A DNA stretch of 50,848 nucleotides, counting the filler, from Catajapyx aquilonaris (Eukaryota): assembly GCA_000934665.2 (NCBI GenBank). It is 3 parts of 3 records of this genome, joined end to end, with 100 filler letters (N's around TTAATTAATTAA, not from the genome) between each part and the next. Parts side by side here need not be neighbours in the genome. Positions count along the whole stretch, not along the records: positions 33,986 to 50,848 come from JYFJ02007084.1; 2 more parts are not named here. One strand, 5' to 3'. Below the pieces are notes generated by a model. The model worked only from the letters and a program-made list of their open reading frames with translations. It ran no database searches and was not told the DNA's origin. How positions within the stretch are numbered: position 1 is the stretch's first letter; the number at the start of each line of letters is the position of its first letter. A program made the translations under genes and the position numbers. Shown piece by piece: positions 45,431 through 50,848 of the stretch.

Positions 45431-47895
45431 TTAGAGACATCCCACTGCCAAGTGTAAATACGAACTGCTCATGAATATTACAAATGGTAGCAGTGTTAAT
45501 AAGAAAACATATTTTTCACGTTCGCTGCTGCTTCTGCTGCTGCTGCTGCTTCTCAATTTACATATCGCCTGGAAATAAAACCATCATAGCTCAGGCTATC
45601 ACTATAGTAGACTGGTAGGTAATACTCACGGTCCACATTTTGAGCTCAGTTTCGGCTCGAATTCTAACTTTTTCGAGAGCTGACATGTCTTTGATCGTCT
45701 CTTCCAAGCAGATTTTCCGCTTCTCCAAAACCTCCCTGGAAATAAAAATATTTATTGCAACAATCCCGCAATGAATATTAGGATAATTGAATTTTATTAC
45801 CTGCAAAATATTTCTCTAAGAGTCTTGGCTGACGAATGATTCACCTCCCGATTTGCTTCTTCATCAACAGATGTTAAGTCCAATGGGCATGCACCGTGAG
45901 TGAATCTCGAGTCGCAATATTCCTAGAAATTACGGTAAAGGTGAAGTGGGGTAAGTGCATACACGGGGTAAGTGCATAAACTGGCCGCCATATTGGACTG
46001 AAAATGGCTGACATGCTCACCTCTTGTGGGGATGTGATGTGCAGCTACACAAAAGAGTGCCTGACGTGTTTTGGTGTCGTCAGCCATTTTCATTCCAATA
46101 TGGCGGCCCCGTGTATGCACTTACCCCGTGTATGCACTTACCCCACTTCACCTTATATATTTTTAAAAGTATATTAATCGGAGTCATATAATGCAGCACT
46201 CACGCTCCAAATGTCCATTTCCATCTGGGCATAAAGGCCATTAGGTGTATTTTGATTCTCAGCTTCTTTTTTCAAACAGCTGCGACGTTTTGCTAAAAAC
46301 GCTCTGCAAATGTGTTTATAATAATTGCTGATTTGTGTGTTATTCAAATGCCAGGACAACTCTGCTTACCTGCAAATTGGACTTGTATAGATTTTGTGAG
46401 ACGGCTCAACATATCTTGCAAGGTTTTCTGGAATTTCTTTAATGAAGTCTGCATAATTTGTGGGGCAAACGCTCCTGTTTGTAGATTTTTCACATATTTC
46501 CTGGGAATATTTTATAGTCACGTTTTTAAGTTGATTTGAGCAATCGAATAACATCATTACTTACAGTCCACACGTACAGTTCAATTTTAGCCATGATGCT
46601 GTCATTCTTAGGATCCGACACGTTGTCAATATCTTCCAAACAACTTCGCCTGTTTGTCAACATTGTTCTGAAAATATCACTTTCGTCATTTTTTGGGGGG
46701 GTCAAAATTTGAACCAACAACTTGTCATACTTGCAATATGCGGTTTTTGAACTGCCGATGGCCGATTTTATCAACTCCTTCCATTCAACGTAGTCCGGAT
46801 TTATCACGCACGAATGCTTTATTTTAGACGCTTTTTCACAGATGTCCTGAACAGGAAATGCGATATGAAAAACTATTGAAAGGAACTTATGTGGACACAC
46901 TTTTTTTTTTTGAGTCGTTGACATTTCCCATGAATGGAAGTACTTTGTAATGGTCTGTATGAAGGATTGTGCACTATACCCACATCCCCAGTGTTACCAC
47001 AGCAACCAAAGACTTAAAGAGATACATTTTGGGATGGAACAAATCAAATAGTGAACTATTCCATTTGAACAATTCGTATACCATTCATTGTAATAGTATA
47101 ATTATAATGTTCACTCACTGTCCACATTTTTAGTTCAGCAGTGTGCAAATTTCCTTTTTCCATCAGACAGTTTTTTCTTCTATCCAGAAGTACCCTGAAA
47201 CATAGAATATTCGTTATTAATTAGTCACTTACTGTATAAACAAACGACAGACACTTGCTTGCAGTATGTGCCTTTGATTTCTTCGTCTGAGCTCCTGTCG
47301 TCGATGAAATTGGTGAAAGTGTAATCAACCGAGCAGTCAGGCTTGGTCTCCATTTTTTCGCAAAATGCCTATGCATTTTAAGCAAATTTGATTAGATAGC
47401 ATTTAATTGACTTTCGAAATCGTGCAATGATATCGCAATAATATTGTTTATGCCATTTGCTAATTTCTGTCGACTGACCTCTCTAAGGTTGTACTCCATG
47501 GCTGCCTTTTTATGCTCTGGGTGTTTGGTGTCCCCCATTACTCTTTTCAAGCACTGAATCCTCTCCGTGAACGTTAACCTAAACGTTAACCCAAAAAACC
47601 AGCCCATGATGATTCAAGCCTGGCTATTTCTAATATTTATCTTGAAGGTTTTATACCACTTACTGGCAGTGTTCATCTCTAAGAGCCTTGTAGTCATAAT
47701 ACGTTGCATAATTTTGCAAGTCCTTTATAAATTCGCCAGTTATCCTTATGGGACACGCAGACACAGGCATCGTTTGTAAATCATTTCGTGCGTTGAATTC
47801 GCCTACGACTGAAATTACAATAAAGTCATATGGTCATACCCATAAGTGATTCAGTATTACTTACGTGTCAAGATTAATATTAGCACAAATTTCAT
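45431..47895 (-). CDS. Four-Cys module family gene C, ~425 aa, 12 exons: signal peptide + 5 modules + Ser-rich spacer + hydrophobic C-tail
   Basis: MKFVLILILT/LVGEFNA.. followed by five modules (e.g. AFCEK..DCSVD..GTYC/KVLLDRRKNCL..AELKMWT), ending AICKLRSSSSSRSSSEREKYVFLLTLLPFVIFMSSSYLHLAVGCL*. One GC donor at 47258. Confidence 0.82.
45938..46154. mobile_element. MITE with ~40-bp TIRs in an intron of gene C
   Basis: AAGGTGAAGTGGGGTAAGTGCATACACGGGGTAAGTGCATA ... TATGCACTTACCCCGTGTATGCACTTACCCCACTTCACCTT, with TA at the flanks. Confidence 0.85.
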
Positions 47896-47955
47896 CTTTG
47901 GCTACTGATTTGGTTGCATGAAATTGATGAGACAATGACGCTGATTTGCTACATA

Positions 47956-47962
47956 TTATATA
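47956..47962 (-). promoter_or_regulatory. TATA box of gene C
   Basis: TATATAA ~61 nt upstream of the ATG at 47895, matching the spacing in gene A2. Confidence 0.5.
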
Positions 47963-50848
47963 AGGAGCATGTCACGCTGGCATGAGCTGGAATAAAACAA
48001 AATGTACTCCAATATTATCGGCAGTTAGGGGGGTCCTCAGAAGTGTGACTGTGCGTGATATGGAGTAGGGGTATTTTTTAAAATCATCGAAACGTACTGT
48101 ATAGAGGACCCAAAATGGCATCGATCCAAGCGAATATAATTCCTGCACTTGCGTCCTACAATGGCGGCAGTGTTGACACCCAGGCATATCCTTGGAAACA
48201 ATAACTTCAGCCTGTAATAAGGATACAATTCTTGCGAATTTTATCTCAAGAGACCCCCCCTCTATTGCCCATAATTCATCTGTAGGGTTCATCCTGACAA
48301 TATTCTTCTTTTTGAGCAACCCCATCGCGGGTGATGATGATCATCCATCCTCCCCTCCATTCCCTTCCTTCCTCCCTATGGTTCATCCCTTCCTTTCCCT
48401 GGCACGCCAATCTCGATTTATCCGTCTGCTAACGACCGGAAACGCCAACAAAACTGCCACCCAAACAAAGCTGCCAAACATTTTTCCCTCCTCCACCTTC
48501 CTCATTATTATCAACCACCCTCTTTTCCTTTCATCCAATGACAACAAGTGTAACATATTGACTGGGCGAGGAAGATTTTAACACCTTATAGTACAAACTC
48601 GCTATGCTCGGCGGTAGGGCTTCGCACCCTTTGCGGGGCGAGCCCCCTGCACCACCCTCGTTGGGCTGCGTCCCACTTACGCACCTTCGGCGCGAATTGG
48701 TCGGGTCCCGGGCAGGTCCCCCTCGGTCCCCGTAACGATGCGAGGCCCACGGTGCACCAGGCTGCCCCCACGACCGCGAAAATTGGTTGGAGTGAGGGCT
48801 CATACGGTTACTAAACATCCACCACTGACGTCACCGCTACAGGTGAAGACCATCCGAACGCGTCTCTGATGTATCATTCACACGGAAGGTTTGAGTCGAG
48901 AGTGGAACCAGTTGTCAGCGTGCATAGGGGATGGGTGGGTGGGGCATTGTTCTCCCGGGCTTAACGACCACATGGCCAAAGGCCGGGAATGAAAAATCCG
49001 TTTTATGGTCATATCTCAGAAACGGCTGGGAAATTTGCGATTATGAGAATTCTTCGCTATACTAATTCGTGGATAAGAAATCCAACGATGCTACTCCGAG
49101 CTCTCTGCGACGCCGGGAAGGTCAAAATCATTTCCATCCTACATCCTACATCCTCGTCTAGTAGTATAGGGGCTTTATATAAACTTGACTGGATATCATA
49201 TAGTTTACCCCATCCTAAATAAATAAATATGTATCGTTATGTATTGTACATTAACTAGCTGGAGGCAATTCGGAAGAGTTGTGCATCCCACCACATCTCA
49301 CATGGGGCGATGACATGTAGCCAGGGAGAGGCCCCTGGTGCAGACCTCGGGAGAGTCATCGCTCACCTCTCCTCAGCTCGAAGTCATTAGGCCTGGGAGT
49401 TGTTGGCTTGCTAGGGAAGGGAAGGCCCCAGCTGCTCCTGGCCTCAGACAACTGATTGAAAGGCCAGCCTCCTCCTCCCAGATGTCTACTGGGCATCAAT
49501 ATTGCACACTCTCAATACCAACTTTTTCTCATTTTCTACCCCCACACTTTTTTCCTCACCAGTTTGTACACAAAGTTCATTTGTGGAGCACCAGGTGGGA
49601 TGACCTCGTCTTCCTGACTGATAGCATCTGTGTCCCCTTGCGGAGATGCGACTTGGCTCAGCTGTCAGATGGATATATATAATTTTTTGCAGTCAGGAGG
49701 CGGTCTCTGAAGAGACGTGTGCCATTGTCTATATGCGACAGTCATTTATTGCTGCCTTCCTCCCCAAGATCCTCAGGCGACTTATCATTGCTCTGACTTT
49801 GCATGGACCCAACCCTCTCTCATGGCAACAATCGATGCCATGCTAAAATGGGACTGGGAATCAGGGAAAAATATTTCATTCGTTCAATTATAACGAAATT
49901 AATTTTTTTTGCATTTTTTCGCGTTTTGTCGATAGGCGGTGAGTAATAGAGGTGGATATAAATGGAGTTGTGCAGTCATTTTGTCATAGATGAAGTGTCG
50001 GGACATGTGCTGTTATCATCAGGGAGGGTACTTTGCGAGTGGCACGAGGCCCTGGCAGTTGTCACAGTAATCATCTGACCACAAATTACTCCCCATTTTT
50101 CAACCCCGAAAAACACATTGATATGATACACTCTAGGTACAAATGGCATGATTTTATGGATAAGCAATAATTAGTACTAATGTTGCGCACAGTGATGTTT
50201 ACATGGATGTTCGTACCATATTTTCTGACATACTCTGCTGATTACCCTGTCTCCAACCCTAAATCTCCCTCCAGCATGAGAAATGTCAACGCATGGTAGA
50301 CAAACAAGAAAATTGGTGTCCATCCCTCCCCCCCCCTCCCTCCACTTTGAGGGCTAGTTTACCCCCAGGGTGTATCTTGAATCTTGAATGCATTAGAGTG
50401 GCGGCGTGCGCTTGTTTGTGTGCCCTGTGGTGAAGGATCCAGAGGAAAACAAGAGGGCCTCCGAAAGATAAGGCTCCTTCGCAATAGGGTTGAACAAGAG
50501 AGAAGCTCTTTCGGGTCACTGCCTCCCATTCAGACGTCATCTACTCGCCATCCAGATTTGTCTCCAACAAAGATAAGAGAAAGTATGGAGTCTCCTGTTG
50601 CCTCAGGGTAGCCAACAGATGGCGGCCATTTTGGCTCCAACCATATGTCTAATATACAGTTCAGGAATGGGAGCCAAAAACGATGGTATGTGAGTCAGAG
50701 GCCTTTTTCCACCCTCCCTATTCCCAAGTTGTGCTTCATTCCCTTTTTGCCAGTGTTCCGGGCCACAAATCGGAAAAGGGGAGGCAGTGGTCCGGCACAC
50801 TCCTGACCTTTGGCACGCTTGCTTGCCTCACTGGCAAAATGTCACCCA

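Noticed and set aside
36781..47895. Assigning the module family to chemosensory (CSP) or odorant-binding proteins
   Set aside because: Cys spacing does not fit CSP (C-x6-C-x18-C-x2-C) or the six-Cys OBP pattern.

Overview
Eukaryotic scaffold, almost certainly arthropod and probably insect. It has spliceosomal introns and two 100-nt N gaps containing an artificial TTAATTAATTAA linker. Zone 1 (1-16890) is a dense mosaic of truncated transposon and virus-like fragments: YqaJ nuclease x2, pogo/Tigger x2, MULE/NOF-type x3, hAT, an internally deleted Kolobok, an env/F-like piece, and Penelope-like ends with two intact minimal hammerhead ribozymes. Nearly all of these lie on the + strand, as expected of a uni-strand piRNA-cluster-like locus. 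Zone 2 (21165-33885) holds a vitellogenin-receptor-like LDLR gene plus a tandem second copy cut by a gap; the copies have near-identical exons but divergent introns. Zone 3 (36781-47895, minus strand) is barely visible in the ORF track. It is a tandem cluster of five intron-rich genes encoding an unrecognised family of secreted or putatively GPI-anchored proteins. These are built from a ~70-aa four-cysteine module encoded by a two-exon cassette, present once in three genes and five times in two genes. All gene models and family calls were made by eye; no database search was run.
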